A DNA stretch of 62,362 nt, counting the filler, from an uncultured Myxococcia bacterium (GTDB lineage Bacteria > CAZTWC01), in NCBI GenBank assembly GCA_964617105.1. It is 7 parts of 7 records of this genome, joined end to end, with 100 filler letters (N's around TTAATTAATTAA, not from the genome) between each part and the next. Parts side by side here need not be neighbours in the genome. Positions count along the whole stretch, not along the records: positions 18,320 to 27,240 come from CAZTWC010000148.1; positions 27,341 to 36,259 come from CAZTWC010000149.1; 5 more parts are not named here. One strand, 5' to 3'. Below, piece after piece: positions 18,320-28,715 of this stretch (position 1 is the first letter of the stretch; every line of letters begins with the position of its first letter). Made by a program: the position numbers and the translations under genes. The notes below the pieces were generated by a model. It worked only from the letters and a program-made list of their open reading frames with translations. It had not been told where the DNA came from and searched no databases.

Positions 18320-18910
18320 CTCTTTAATCCCTTTTTGTGTCAGGGCCCGAACCTCCTGTACCACATTTTCCGGCGGCCGGCTTCTTTCTTTGCCCCGGAC
18401 ATGGGGGACAATGCAATAGGAGCAGAAATTGTCACAGCCTTTCATAATGGTCACATAGCCGGTAACCTGACCTTTCACAGTTGGCAAAGGTTCACTCTCT
18501 ACAAACAGGGGATCATCCTTGCCGTCCAGGGATATTTGCGGACCTTTACCCTGTTCCAGTTGGGTAAGTAAATCGGGCAGAAGGGGCAGATCACCGCTGC
18601 CAAATACCAGGTCTAAGTAAGGGGCTTTCTTCAGCAACTGCCGGCCCATCTGCTGGGCCACGCACCCACCAACCCCAATTTTCAGATTGGGTTTTTTACC
18701 TTTGTATTTATGATACCGGCCTAGAGCACTAATCACTTTGTGCTGCGCTTTTTCCCGGATGGAACAGGTATTCAGGATAATCAGGTCGGCATTTTCCGGA
18801 TTTTGGGTTTCAACAAAGCCCAACGGTTGCAGCACCTCGGTCATTTTTCGGGAATCGTACACATTCATCTGGCAGCCAAAAGTGTGGATATATAGATTTC
18901 TTTGCTCCAT
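18320..18910 (-). CDS. miaB: tRNA methylthiotransferase MiaB, 3' truncated
   Basis: TFGCQMNVYDS, NTCSIREKA, GCVAQ, GCDNFCSYCIVPHVRGKERSR. Confidence 0.93.
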
Positions 18911-18991
18911 ACGATTAATGCTACCGCAATTAGCCTTTTTAGTAAACACTATTTACCTGCAAATGTAGTCGCAAATCTGACTGGATAGATT

Positions 18992-19960
18992 TTATTTGTC
19001 TTCTTCGGTAGCGATTCCCAAGAGGTTGTCAACAATGCTGATCAGGATGGAGATTTCTGGCTTGCTGATAAAACCATCAGCGCCAACGCGTTTGGCTTTG
19101 AGGCGATTTTCCGCTCCGCCCATGGATGAGAAAAGGATAACTGGCAGTTTTTGCAGGATATCATCGCCTTTCATCCGCTTGACCAGGTGCAAGCCATCCA
19201 TCTGGGGCATCTCGATATCGGTTACCACCAGATCAACTTTATCCTGTGTTTTGAGGGTATTTTCTCTCAGGCACTCAGCGTAAAACACCAATTTTTGGTA
19301 AGCATCCTGGCCATTATTGGAGATTATTACGTTAAATCCCGCTCTGGTCAAAGTGTCGTTCAACAGGCGGCGGATCATGGCTGAATCGTCAACGATTAAA
19401 ATATTTAGTTGTTCCCTGCCTACATTCTCACCCAAGTCTTCAATAGCCTGTTCCGGCACACTGATACTCAGGTTTGGATTGATTTCAGATACGATTTTTT
19501 CGAAATCTATCAGCATTACAATCCGGTTTTCAAAACGGATTGTGCCTACGATGGATTCTTCGTGCCCCATGCCTAACCGCATGCTGTCCGGTGAATCGAC
19601 CTGCTCCCAGGATACCCGGTGAATACGGGAAACCGCATGGACTAAAAAGCCGTTGAGCACATTGTAGAACTCCATAACAATAACCCTGGCGGTTTTAGTA
19701 TAGTCCTGCTGTTTTCCCAGCCATTTTCCCAGATTAACCAGGGTCATAACCCGGCCTCGAAAATTGAAAACCCCTTCGATGGCAGGATGGGTATGGGGAA
19801 TAATGGTTGGTTGGGGGCAACGGATTATCTCCCTCACCTTGGCAACGTTAACTCCATAATACCCGATGATTTCCTGGCCGTCTGAGTCTGTTTCGCGGAT
19901 TTGAAATTCCACGATCTCCAGTTCATTGGTTCCCGATTCCAGCAGAATTTTTGTTTTCAT
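18992..19960 (-). CDS. cheV: Chemotaxis protein CheV (CheW plus receiver)
   Basis: ILLESGTNELEIVEF, YGVNVAKVREII; receiver IVDDS, TDIEMPQMDG, ISKP. Confidence 0.92.
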   Translation of the reverse strand: MKTKILLESGTNELEIVEFQIRETDSDGQEIIGYYGVNVAKVREIIRCPQPTIIPHTHPAIEGVFNFRGRVMTLVNLGKWLGKQQDYTKTARVIVMEFYNVLNGFLVHAVSRIHRVSWEQVDSPDSMRLGMGHEESIVGTIRFENRIVMLIDFEKIVSEINPNLSISVPEQAIEDLGENVGREQLNILIVDDSAMIRRLLNDTLTRAGFNVIISNNGQDAYQKLVFYAECLRENTLKTQDKVDLVVTDIEMPQMDGLHLVKRMKGDDILQKLPVILFSSMGGAENRLKAKRVGADGFISKPEISILISIVDNLLGIATEEDK

Positions 19961-19975
19961 ATTTTTCCCACACGC

Positions 19976-21466
19976 TTAAGGTTTAAGAGCCTGGTGGCGA
20001 AGTTTTTGGATTATCTCTCTCATCTGGCGGGAAAGGCTTAATACCTCAGGATTAAACTGGGGGATAGATTTTTCCACCGCCTCGATGCCGTCACTAACTC
20101 CTTTGCCAACTACAATCTTAAAAGAGGAGTGACCGTTTCTCTTTTTTTGAGGATGAAAGTTTTTGACAGTTTTAACTTTTAATAAGGCCGGCAATCTGGG
20201 CAGATATTCAAAATGGGTGGTAAACAGAGTCAGGGCATTAAGTTCCTTTTCAATATACAGTAAAAAGGCGGAGGCCAGGGCTTCACCACCATCCCTGTAA
20301 CCAGAGGTGCCAGAACCAATCTCATCCATTATAATTAGACTTTTATTAGTGGCGTTGGGAAAAATTTTCTGGTCGATGTGTTTCTGTTGCCTGATAAAAG
20401 AACTCTCACCGGTTTCGATGTTATCTTCGCGGTTCATGCAGGTATAGATATTGTCGAAAACACTCATTTTCACTTCAGTGGCCGGTACAAAACTACCCAT
20501 TTGAGCCATTATAACTATCAGGGCCACCTGTTTCATGTATACAGATTTACCACCAGCATTGGGACCGGTCAAAAGTTGCACCAACCGTTTTTGATTCAAG
20601 TTGGTATCATTGGGGACAAAACTGCTGTTTATACAAAAATCTCTTTGGAAATCTACCTCCACCAGAGGGTGGCGCCCCTCCTTGATTTCAATAAAAGCAG
20701 GACTTGACGGGTCGATTTGAGGACAGACATAGTTGTGGGTTTTGGCCAGCAGGGCCAGGCCGCAAAAGGCATCGATTTTCCAAAAAGTGTCACCCAGAAT
20801 ACTCAGTTGATTAAGTATCTCCATGAAGTTTTTTTCCATCACTTTGCGATCACGCCATGACACCAGCATATTGGAAAGTTCAATCTGATCTTTTTCCAGA
20901 ATATCTTCGGTAAATTCAGTAAAAAATTCACTGAGATAACCCATTTCAATTTTGCCCTGGTATCCTGGGGTCAGCAGGGCATTTAGTTTATCATGGTCAG
21001 GGGCCAGCAGTTCCACATCCAACGCCAGGATATTTTTTGCCAAAGCGCGTCCGGTAACGAAAAATTCAATAATTTTCATCTTTCTCAGCCGGAATTCCGC
21101 GGTGTTGCGCTCCTCTTTCGAGAGGGAGATCATCTGATCTTCCGGCAGGTCTACCGGCACCCGGTTCAACATTGGTTTTCTGCGGTCACAGTACCCTTTG
21201 ACCAGATCGTAAGAATTTTCACAAACTGCCAGGTTGCGAAGCATCTCATTCAGTATTTGGATATGGTCGATTATAAAGCGAATGGTTTGTTGCCGTTTTT
21301 CAATTTCCGGAAAATGATCCAGAGGATTTAGCATCCACTGCTCCAGCAGGGCTCTGCCACCGCGGGTAATGCAAAAATGGCCCAAAAAGTTGGACATATT
21401 TAACTCGCGACGGTTCCAAGTAGGGACCAGATCCAGTTCAGTTTGTACATTAATTGGCAATTTCAT
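19976..21466 (-). CDS. MutS-family ATPase lacking the mismatch-recognition domain
   Basis: EGRHPLVE, FVPND, LTGPNAGGKS, MAQMGSFVPA, MDEIGSGTS, TTHF; only 496 aa. Confidence 0.85.
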   Translation of the reverse strand: MKLPINVQTELDLVPTWNRRELNMSNFLGHFCITRGGRALLEQWMLNPLDHFPEIEKRQQTIRFIIDHIQILNEMLRNLAVCENSYDLVKGYCDRRKPMLNRVPVDLPEDQMISLSKEERNTAEFRLRKMKIIEFFVTGRALAKNILALDVELLAPDHDKLNALLTPGYQGKIEMGYLSEFFTEFTEDILEKDQIELSNMLVSWRDRKVMEKNFMEILNQLSILGDTFWKIDAFCGLALLAKTHNYVCPQIDPSSPAFIEIKEGRHPLVEVDFQRDFCINSSFVPNDTNLNQKRLVQLLTGPNAGGKSVYMKQVALIVIMAQMGSFVPATEVKMSVFDNIYTCMNREDNIETGESSFIRQQKHIDQKIFPNATNKSLIIMDEIGSGTSGYRDGGEALASAFLLYIEKELNALTLFTTHFEYLPRLPALLKVKTVKNFHPQKKRNGHSSFKIVVGKGVSDGIEAVEKSIPQFNPEVLSLSRQMREIIQKLRHQALKP

Positions 21467-21508
21467 ATCACGTTATCCTTATCATATAACCCGTTTATCT
21501 TTCAATAT

Positions 21509-22783
21509 TTAATTTTTTAAGAACCGGATTATTTTTTTAAAAGTTCCCTGGGGAGTCCCCATCTCTCTGGGTTCGTATCCTGTTTTTTTAGTAGATTTTT
21601 TATCCAGGTTTAACAAGTTGCCTCCCAGGTTTTTCAAACAGTTTGATACGGTCGCCCTGGGTAATAAGTTTATTACCGGTTGACGCATCTGTTCCGCTTT
21701 TCGAATAGAATCTCGGTCAAAACTAAGGCCGCCCAGATATTTGGGAAAAATACGGTAATCATTTTCATAACTATTGATATTTTCATCAATAATATGGTTT
21801 AGTTTATTAAAAATAACCTGTCCCTGTTTAAGATTATTCAATTGATTGATAATCATAAAGACCTTAAAAGTTTTTGGCCGGTTTTTCCACTTTAAGGTCT
21901 TTTTAAATTTTTCCTCTTTGTAGCGGAAAAACAGAGCTTTTAGGCAGGCATAGCCGCTTACTACATCCAGGGGTGTGGTAAGCACCATCACTTGGTCGGT
22001 ATAGAGAGCAAAGTCTAATACCAATCTACTGATACCTGCTCCCAGGTCAAAAACAATCAGGTCATACCGGGGGCGTAATTTTTCAAATTCGCGCATAAAT
22101 TTTAATTTCTGGGCATAGTTGATGTTAGCCAATTTAAACTCACCCGAATTGCCCCCAATAAAGTCAAAGCCATAGTTGGTTTTGTGGATGATCTCCTGTA
22201 TACTTTTTTCCTTGTTCAAAATACTAATTAAAGAATAAGGTGGAAATATACCTACTTTGTTAGATATATCGGCATTACCCATATCTGCGTCTACCAGTAA
22301 AATGTTTTTGCCCTTTTGAGCCAACCAGCAAGAGAGATTTATAGAGCAATGAGTTTTTCCTACCCCTCCCTTGTTGGAAATTAAAGATATAAAACGATTT
22401 GAGGGTAAAGGCGCCTCTTCCGGAGAGTCCATCTCTTTTTTGGCGGGCTCAATTTTTTTTTCCCTGGAAAGCATGGTTTTGGTTTTGCCGCTCAATAGAT
22501 CAATGGCTATTAAAATCTCCTCTTTGGAAGCCCGCAAAGGTTTTATTTTGCATCTCGTATAAAATTTTAGCGCTTTCAGGGCATTTGAGTCAGCAGGATC
22601 ACCCATGGCTACCAATAACCTGCCGTTTTGAAACTGTAACGGTAAACTTAAGTGATTACGAGCAAAGACTGGTGAAAATAGATTGAAGGCTTTGGGGTCA
22701 AAGGGGTAATTTTTCAAAGATATAGATTCTACGCCCACTGTTGTTTTGTAATTAGTTGTGAGTCCATCACTTTTCACTGACAC
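21509..22783 (-). CDS. MinD/FlhG-family ATPase fused to an N-terminal T2SSE_N/MshEN-type subdomain
   Basis: N-terminal ARNHLSLPL...LLVAMGDP...LKFYTRCKIKP; deviant Walker A SNKGGVGKT; VDADMGNAD, DLGAGIS. Confidence 0.8.
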   Translation of the reverse strand: MSVKSDGLTTNYKTTVGVESISLKNYPFDPKAFNLFSPVFARNHLSLPLQFQNGRLLVAMGDPADSNALKALKFYTRCKIKPLRASKEEILIAIDLLSGKTKTMLSREKKIEPAKKEMDSPEEAPLPSNRFISLISNKGGVGKTHCSINLSCWLAQKGKNILLVDADMGNADISNKVGIFPPYSLISILNKEKSIQEIIHKTNYGFDFIGGNSGEFKLANINYAQKLKFMREFEKLRPRYDLIVFDLGAGISRLVLDFALYTDQVMVLTTPLDVVSGYACLKALFFRYKEEKFKKTLKWKNRPKTFKVFMIINQLNNLKQGQVIFNKLNHIIDENINSYENDYRIFPKYLGGLSFDRDSIRKAEQMRQPVINLLPRATVSNCLKNLGGNLLNLDKKSTKKTGYEPREMGTPQGTFKKIIRFLKN

Positions 22784-23073
22784 TCATGCCCCCGATGATT
22801 TTATAACCTCCACAGGAAGGTTATTTGATTTTTACCAAAGAAAAATCACAATCATAAATTATACCAAAAATTATCTTTAAGCACTATCAAAATTTTTCGG
22901 GACGCAAGGAGTTGCCAATAAATTTTTATCCCGTTTGGCTTTTTTATCATTTTTACAGGAAAAAACTTGACAAATACCAAGGTTGTAACTAAATAGTTCC
23001 TAATTAATTTAGTGGTATTTTTTTCAACTTTGTACAAGTCCAAAACTTGGTTCTATATTTATCGAGGTTGTGT

Positions 23074-23373
23074 ATGAAAGAAGAACAATTTTGCAGGCAA
23101 CATGGTTGTTCCCAGATGGCATCTATGAAAGGCTTCTGCCGGAGGCATTATATCAAAAATTGGAAATTGCTAAAAATGGTTGAAATACATGGAAATAGCG
23201 CCCGCCTGTTCAAATTGCTGGAGGATGATACTGTGTCTGCCAGCGAATATTTAGAAATCATGGCCTCCGGGACGCTTAATTTCAATGAGAGAGATACTAA
23301 ATCCGCAGACTTACGGCGGGGAGATAACATTCGTGACTTAAATTTTGACGAAGGTAATAGCAATTATTTTTGA
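23074..23373 (+). CDS. Small protein with an N-terminal C-x4-C-x9-C-x2-H zinc-finger-like motif
   Basis: SD GAGG before ATG 23074; FCRQHGCSQMASMKGFCRRHYIKNWK. Confidence 0.6.
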   Translation: MKEEQFCRQHGCSQMASMKGFCRRHYIKNWKLLKMVEIHGNSARLFKLLEDDTVSASEYLEIMASGTLNFNERDTKSADLRRGDNIRDLNFDEGNSNYF

Positions 23374-25175
23374 GGGAGCCCTAAGGTTTTTTTCAAACCA
23401 GTAAACATTTTTAAAATATAGGCATTATCATAGCGGTCAATATTTTCATTGGTCAATAGATCTGTATCGGCCAGAAAAAGGGTCTTGTCCTCCATGATAA
23501 ATGGATGAAAATTTGACCTATCAACTCTTTTTATCCCTCCAGAATAGCCCAGGTTGTTTTCACAGAGATAGATTGCAGAGTCATTTATCTTAATGTATGA
23601 ATGCCCCCGGCGGTTTTGTTTAATAATGGCACTGCTTCTGGTCAAACCGATTTTTATTATCCGTTCATCTTCTTTGGTTCCTGCCATCTTGAATGAAAAA
23701 ACCGGTTTAAAAAATTTATCCCCTTTTAGCGGTTGACAGATTAGATTTGGGACTATTCGTAATCCCCAATATTTTGCCACTTTGCCTATGGGAGAAGGGA
23801 TCTCTTTAGAGTTGGCGTCAAAAAAAGTATTTATCAGAAACGACTGGTTCGAGGAGGTGAAGGATTCTGCTGCTAAAAGCAAGTGTTCGATTTTTAACAG
23901 GCGTTGCATGTCTACAGTTTTTAAAGGATTGGCCATAACCAATCCCCAGGGCTCCGGCTCAGGTAAAGTATCTCCTCCCATAACTTTGAATTTCATATCT
24001 CTAAGCCTTTTTGCCATAAGCAACAGCCCGGAAGGGGTATCATCCACGCGTCTGGCTTGAGCGGAATGGTCGATAAAAATAGTCGGCCAGGCGGGATCGG
24101 CCTTCAACACCCAGACCGTCACCGTTACTTTTCCCAATGGGTCGCTCAAGATAATGAAATCATCGGTATGGATCTCTCCGGTAAGAATATGTTGGTTAAG
24201 CCCCGGTTCAACCTGCAGTTGTAATTTATTGGAATGGATACGTAGTTTGGTGCCAGGGGTATGGTTGACTTTTAAGTGAAGTTTTTTACCGGAAATCAGG
24301 TTAAATTGAGGGAGTATTTCTATTTTTTTCAGGGGGGAGTGTTTAAAGGTGAGCCAACGAAAAATCGTCCTGGTAAAAAGGTAGTTTTGGCTGCGGGACA
24401 GGTTTTGGCTGCTGTTCCAAAACAGTTCGCTGTCGCCAATACCTATTGCCCTTCCGCGTTGGACAGTGCCCCAGACTGCTGCTATTGACTCGGGCTGCAA
24501 TTTTGAAGTTGGATAAGATATGAGAAAAGGATGGAATTTTTTTGGTTGGTCAATAATCAGCGGGGCGGCCCACATTAAAAAGATTTGATCCAATTCCAAC
24601 AAAGGGGAACGAAACTGGGCCAGATATTTTTTTTGTTGAAGGTTATTTTGTTTATCTTCGATGAAACTGTTTAAAAAGCGAAATCCCCAATCGCTGACCA
24701 GGCTGTTCTGGAAATCAGCGGTGGAGAAGATATTATCATGCTCTCCCAGGATCAAAAGACTGCCCCCTCGCTGGGCATAGGTTTCAATGGCCAGTTTATC
24801 TTCCTGGCTATATTTTCCGTTCTTGGCAATCCCCAGCACCAAAACATCGCCGCGGCCCATTTTGGCCAGTGCTACCGGCAATGATTCCGTGACGGTGGCT
24901 GGATTATATCCCTCGGAGCGCAGCATTACCGCCAGACTGGAATAGCCCATCAGGCCTGTATCCCACAATGACCAGGCCTGACCATGACTCTGATCAAATA
25001 AAATAACCGGTTGGCTTTTAAATCGTTGAAGGAGATTATTTTGCCGGTGGAGGGGAATTGAGTCGGTCGGAAAGAGGAGACATGTCAAAAAGAAGGCCAA
25101 AGCCGGCCATGCTGGAATACATTTGATGACCAGAGAGGAAAAACTGAAAAGATGTGTTTGGCGCGATCCTAACAA
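23364..25175 (-). CDS. Exported protein with GIFT/DUF4350-like (class I GATase-like fold) domain(s)
   Basis: Hydrophobic N-terminus; ILFDQSHGQ...GYSSLA..L, GGSLLILGEH, GIGDSELF; a degenerate second copy (IFIDHS...LADTDLLTNENI). Confidence 0.6.
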   Translation of the reverse strand: MLGSRQTHLFSFSSLVIKCIPAWPALAFFLTCLLFPTDSIPLHRQNNLLQRFKSQPVILFDQSHGQAWSLWDTGLMGYSSLAVMLRSEGYNPATVTESLPVALAKMGRGDVLVLGIAKNGKYSQEDKLAIETYAQRGGSLLILGEHDNIFSTADFQNSLVSDWGFRFLNSFIEDKQNNLQQKKYLAQFRSPLLELDQIFLMWAAPLIIDQPKKFHPFLISYPTSKLQPESIAAVWGTVQRGRAIGIGDSELFWNSSQNLSRSQNYLFTRTIFRWLTFKHSPLKKIEILPQFNLISGKKLHLKVNHTPGTKLRIHSNKLQLQVEPGLNQHILTGEIHTDDFIILSDPLGKVTVTVWVLKADPAWPTIFIDHSAQARRVDDTPSGLLLMAKRLRDMKFKVMGGDTLPEPEPWGLVMANPLKTVDMQRLLKIEHLLLAAESFTSSNQSFLINTFFDANSKEIPSPIGKVAKYWGLRIVPNLICQPLKGDKFFKPVFSFKMAGTKEDERIIKIGLTRSSAIIKQNRRGHSYIKINDSAIYLCENNLGYSGGIKRVDRSNFHPFIMEDKTLFLADTDLLTNENIDRYDNAYILKMFTGLKKTLGLPQK

Positions 25176-25197
25176 TTTTTTTTTTGCGGACTGGCTC

Positions 25198-25644
25198 TTA
25201 TTGCTGTTTAGCGATTAAAGTTTCCAGTTTGCTGTTTTCGTCCAACAACCGGCCCAATCCCTGATTGTTCAGTCTGGTTTTATACTCGGGGGGCTGATTG
25301 CCAAACAACGTTAATCGATTCTTGACTATCTGGTCGATGAGTTTCTCTTTTGAGCCAAATTTCTCATTGACTAACTCCTTGAAGGAATATAAGCGCAACA
25401 GTTTTTTGTTGGGAATGCGCTTTACTCTTTTACTATAATCGTCTTTACTCTCGTCCTCGTCCTTTAACAAGACATCTTTTAACTGATCGATCAACTTTTG
25501 CTTGCCGCCAAAGTTTTCCATCACCATCTGTTTTGGGGTTAGTTTTTTTCCAGTATTTTCCTGAAAGGTTTTAAGATTTGCATTTGCCATGATCAACTCC
25601 ATCAGCGGTTTTGGGTAATTTTGAGTATATACCCTGGTTATCAA
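25198..25644 (-). CDS. Hypothetical basic helical protein
   Basis: Open frame with an internal repeat (ENFGGKQKLIDQL / EKFGSKEKLIDQI). True start is probably ATG near 25590. Confidence 0.65.
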   Translation of the reverse strand: MITRVYTQNYPKPLMELIMANANLKTFQENTGKKLTPKQMVMENFGGKQKLIDQLKDVLLKDEDESKDDYSKRVKRIPNKKLLRLYSFKELVNEKFGSKEKLIDQIVKNRLTLFGNQPPEYKTRLNNQGLGRLLDENSKLETLIAKQQ

Positions 25645-25712
25645 TAGTTTTCAATAGAGTTATTGTCCGGATGGATACTAGACTATTTTTAAATCAGATG
25701 CAAGAAAAAAGG

Positions 25713-26468
25713 TCATTGAGCCTCATGAGTAGTAATTTTATTTTTAAGGTTTATAACCGCTTCCCGGTGCAATTGGCATACTCTGGATTCAGTACACTCC
25801 AGAACCCGGCCTATCTCTTTGAAATTTAGTTCTTCAACGTAGTAGAGGCCGATAACGGTCTTTAGTTTTTGCGGTAGTTTTTCAATGGCACTACTCAAAT
25901 TATCTATGGCATCATCCAACATCAGATGGGTCAATTGCTCCGGCAGCTCATCCTGGCCCAGGAGTTGACTCCATTTGGCCATTTTTCCCTCTTCCTTGAG
26001 CCCGATATCATCGGAATTCATAAAAATGTAACTGTTAGTCTCGTCAGATAATTTATGAAACTCTTTGAGGCTGATTTTCATTGATTTGGCCAACTCTTCC
26101 ACATCTGGTTCCCGGCCTAACTCCTGGGCTAATTTGTCCCGGGCTTTTTTTAATTTATTGGCCTTGCTGCGGGTAGTTCTGGGTAGGCTGTCCAGGGCTC
26201 GCAATTCGTCTAAAATCGCCCCTTTTATCCGAAATTCGGCGTAGGTGGGAAATTTTTTGTGGCGGTTAGGATCAAATTTTTCAGCCGCATCAATTAGCCC
26301 CATAACCCCAGCGCTGATCAAATCATTAACATCCACCTGGCCCGGCAGGCGATTGCATATTCGAAAGGCGATTTTTTTTACCAGGGCATAATTTTTTTCT
26401 ACAAGAGCATTTCTGGCGGCCATTTTGCTCTGTTGCGATTTATACGCCCGGTGCTGATAATTGGTCAT
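25713..26468 (-). CDS. fliA: Flagellar sigma factor FliA/WhiG (sigma-28)
   Basis: DLISAGVMGLIDAAEKFDP, YAEFRIKGAILDELR, LYYVEELNFKEIGRVLECTESRVCQLH; directly downstream of flhG. Confidence 0.93.
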   Translation of the reverse strand: MTNYQHRAYKSQQSKMAARNALVEKNYALVKKIAFRICNRLPGQVDVNDLISAGVMGLIDAAEKFDPNRHKKFPTYAEFRIKGAILDELRALDSLPRTTRSKANKLKKARDKLAQELGREPDVEELAKSMKISLKEFHKLSDETNSYIFMNSDDIGLKEEGKMAKWSQLLGQDELPEQLTHLMLDDAIDNLSSAIEKLPQKLKTVIGLYYVEELNFKEIGRVLECTESRVCQLHREAVINLKNKITTHEAQ

Positions 26469-26474
26469 TCTGGT

Positions 26475-27239
26475 TTACGCGGCCCCTTCTGTCAAAAACT
26501 TACGCAAAAAAAACTGCATGGATCCTTTGGGCTGCATTATTTTTTTGCTCTGGAGAATTTTGTCCGTTAGTAGAGTAATACATTTGCTGGCCACAGCCGT
26601 TGGATATAGGGACATAATTGGTTTCTGTTGAATAATGGAGTGTTCAACTTGTTTATCTCTCAGGATATAGCCGATGGGTTTCACTAATACATTTATATCT
26701 TTTTTTAGTGAAACAGTATCGATAAATCTAATAAATTTTCGGCTAAAATGTTTCCCCTCCTCAATTGAGTCGGCCATATTGATCACCAGATTGAATTTGC
26801 TCTCCTTATATTTCACATTGGCATTTAGGACCAAACTGGCTGCATCTTTTAATGAGGTTAATTGGGGCATCACAATAAGTATTACTTCATGGGCAGCGCT
26901 GCAAAAATAGAGCACATTATCGTGTATGCCCGCCCCTGTATCAATAAGAACAATATCAAAACAGTCCTCGAGTATCTCCAACTCCGACAGGATCAGCATC
27001 TTTTTTTCCGGCGGCAGATCAGTTAAATTGGTAAGACCAGAGGTGGAGGGGAGAATAAACATCCCTTCAGGTCCCTGAATCAGGACATCGGTAAGTTTTT
27101 TCTCGCCGGTCATAATCTGTTCTATGGTGTATTTTGCTGACATGCCCAACATAACATCGATGTTGGCCTGACCAAAATCGGTATCTATAATCAACACCCG
27201 CTGGCCCCGGCGGGCCATCTCGTAAGCCAGGTTGACAAC
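26475..27239 (-). CDS. flhG: Flagellar MinD-like ATPase FlhG/FleN, 5' truncated
   Basis: VVNLAYEMARRGQRVLIIDTDFGQANIDVMLG, DTGAGIHDNVLYF; canonical flhG-fliA order. Confidence 0.85.
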   Translation of the reverse strand, partial: VVNLAYEMARRGQRVLIIDTDFGQANIDVMLGMSAKYTIEQIMTGEKKLTDVLIQGPEGMFILPSTSGLTNLTDLPPEKKMLILSELEILEDCFDIVLIDTGAGIHDNVLYFCSAAHEVILIVMPQLTSLKDAASLVLNANVKYKESKFNLVINMADSIEEGKHFSRKFIRFIDTVSLKKDINVLVKPIGYILRDKQVEHSIIQQKPIMSLYPTAVASKCITLLTDKILQSKKIMQPKGSMQFFLRKFLTEGAA

Positions 27240-27240
27240 G

Positions 27241-27340
27241 NNNNNNNNNNNNNNNNNNNNNNNNNNNNNNNNNNNNNNNNNNNNTTAATTAATTAANNNN
27301 NNNNNNNNNNNNNNNNNNNNNNNNNNNNNNNNNNNNNNNN
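27241..27340. other. Artificial contig linker
   Basis: N44-TTAATTAATTAA-N44. Confidence 0.99.
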
Positions 27341-27579
27341 AAATAGGTAGCCTGCATGGTATTTTGATTTACCCGAATATTCTGGGCCATAGGGAATTCC
27401 ATCACCCCGGGATAATGAGGCATGGAGTGGTTAAAATAGTTTTCTGCCGGACTGATAAATCTCCTGGCCCTGGTGGGATGGGAGACCATGATGGCGGCAA
27501 CGATAATTGCCATGGCCATTGCCAGTGATAAAACCATTTTGAAGATCTTTTTACACATTAAATTAGTATCCTGTTTCAA
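27341..27579 (-). CDS. Tad-cluster-associated membrane-anchored protein, 3' truncated
   Basis: N-terminal TM helix, then PHYPG...NIRVNQNTM; abuts the upstream pseudopilin gene. Confidence 0.55.
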
Positions 27580-28713
27580 CTACTTATATTGACAGGGTCT
27601 CTTGCCAGACTTTTTGCAGCCCATAAAATACTTACCCCTTTTCATAAAGGTCTGGTAATATTTGGAACTCTCCCGGCGAACATCTACCCGCATGGGGGAG
27701 GTGTCAAACTTGCTCCGGCCGCCGTCTACTGGCAAAGTAACCATTCCACTGTCTGGATCTCCACGGTAGTTGAGAGAAACCATCCTGGTGCTAATGGGAG
27801 ACTGGAAGTTGAAAAACTCTTTTTGGAGAACTTTCAGCATACTGTCGATGCGGTTGATATATCGTCCCATGCCCAAAAAAGCCATCCGGTTTACTTGTTT
27901 AAAGTAAGGGGGATCTCCGCCACTGCTGTGGATAACACCCGGCAATTTAATATCTCTGCCGTCATTGAGGTGCCAGTCGTCAGCCAGTAAAAAATTGAAG
28001 CCCCAGACGCCAATATGTTTATGATTTGACTGCAAATGTTTTTGACCATAAAAACTCTGCAGAAAATTGGTGGGAATCAATTTGTTTTTAAGTCCAATTC
28101 GAGCCACACTGACCACCATCCCACTGGAGTTGAAGCCAAATTTACCCAATATTCCTCTGGAACCGCTATCATAATCGGTCATCACACTGCCAGGAGTAAA
28201 AGAACTACCACCGTTTGAGCTCATACTGCCCAGGGCTTTTATCGCTTTACCACTGATATTGGAAGATAAACTTAATCCCATAGGCATACTAAACTGCAAA
28301 CCGGTTGCATAAACCTTGCCGCTGGCCAAACCCTGGTAAGGATTAATCAGGTTCAATAAAATATTCATCGAAGAGGTGGTATTGGTGGAATCGAGATTTT
28401 GAAAACGTTTGTTCTGATCTTGGGTAATTTTTTTCCAGCTGTTAAAAAACAACCGGCCATGCTGGCCTTGATCATAGTCGGACAACTGGTTGGCGGTATA
28501 TTCCCAGGCGCCAAACCTGGCCATCTCCTCCACCTTAAAACGGATCTGGAGAATATCTGTAAAAAAAATAGAGTAAAGAGTAATAGAGGTGATCAGCGGA
28601 ACCACCAGGGCCATCTCGGTAATGGAAGAACCTGCCTCTTTTTTTAAGAACGAAAAGAATTCTCGGCATTTTAATGCCGGGTTGACAAATGATCTGACTT
28701 CCATTCTGTCCAA
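27580..28713 (-). CDS. TadE-like large pseudopilin
   Basis: Prepilin motif G|SSITEMALVVP plus TM, EMARFGAWE. Confidence 0.75.
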   Translation of the reverse strand: MDRMEVRSFVNPALKCREFFSFLKKEAGSSITEMALVVPLITSITLYSIFFTDILQIRFKVEEMARFGAWEYTANQLSDYDQGQHGRLFFNSWKKITQDQNKRFQNLDSTNTTSSMNILLNLINPYQGLASGKVYATGLQFSMPMGLSLSSNISGKAIKALGSMSSNGGSSFTPGSVMTDYDSGSRGILGKFGFNSSGMVVSVARIGLKNKLIPTNFLQSFYGQKHLQSNHKHIGVWGFNFLLADDWHLNDGRDIKLPGVIHSSGGDPPYFKQVNRMAFLGMGRYINRIDSMLKVLQKEFFNFQSPISTRMVSLNYRGDPDSGMVTLPVDGGRSKFDTSPMRVDVRRESSKYYQTFMKRGKYFMGCKKSGKRPCQYK

Positions 28714-28715
28714 CT

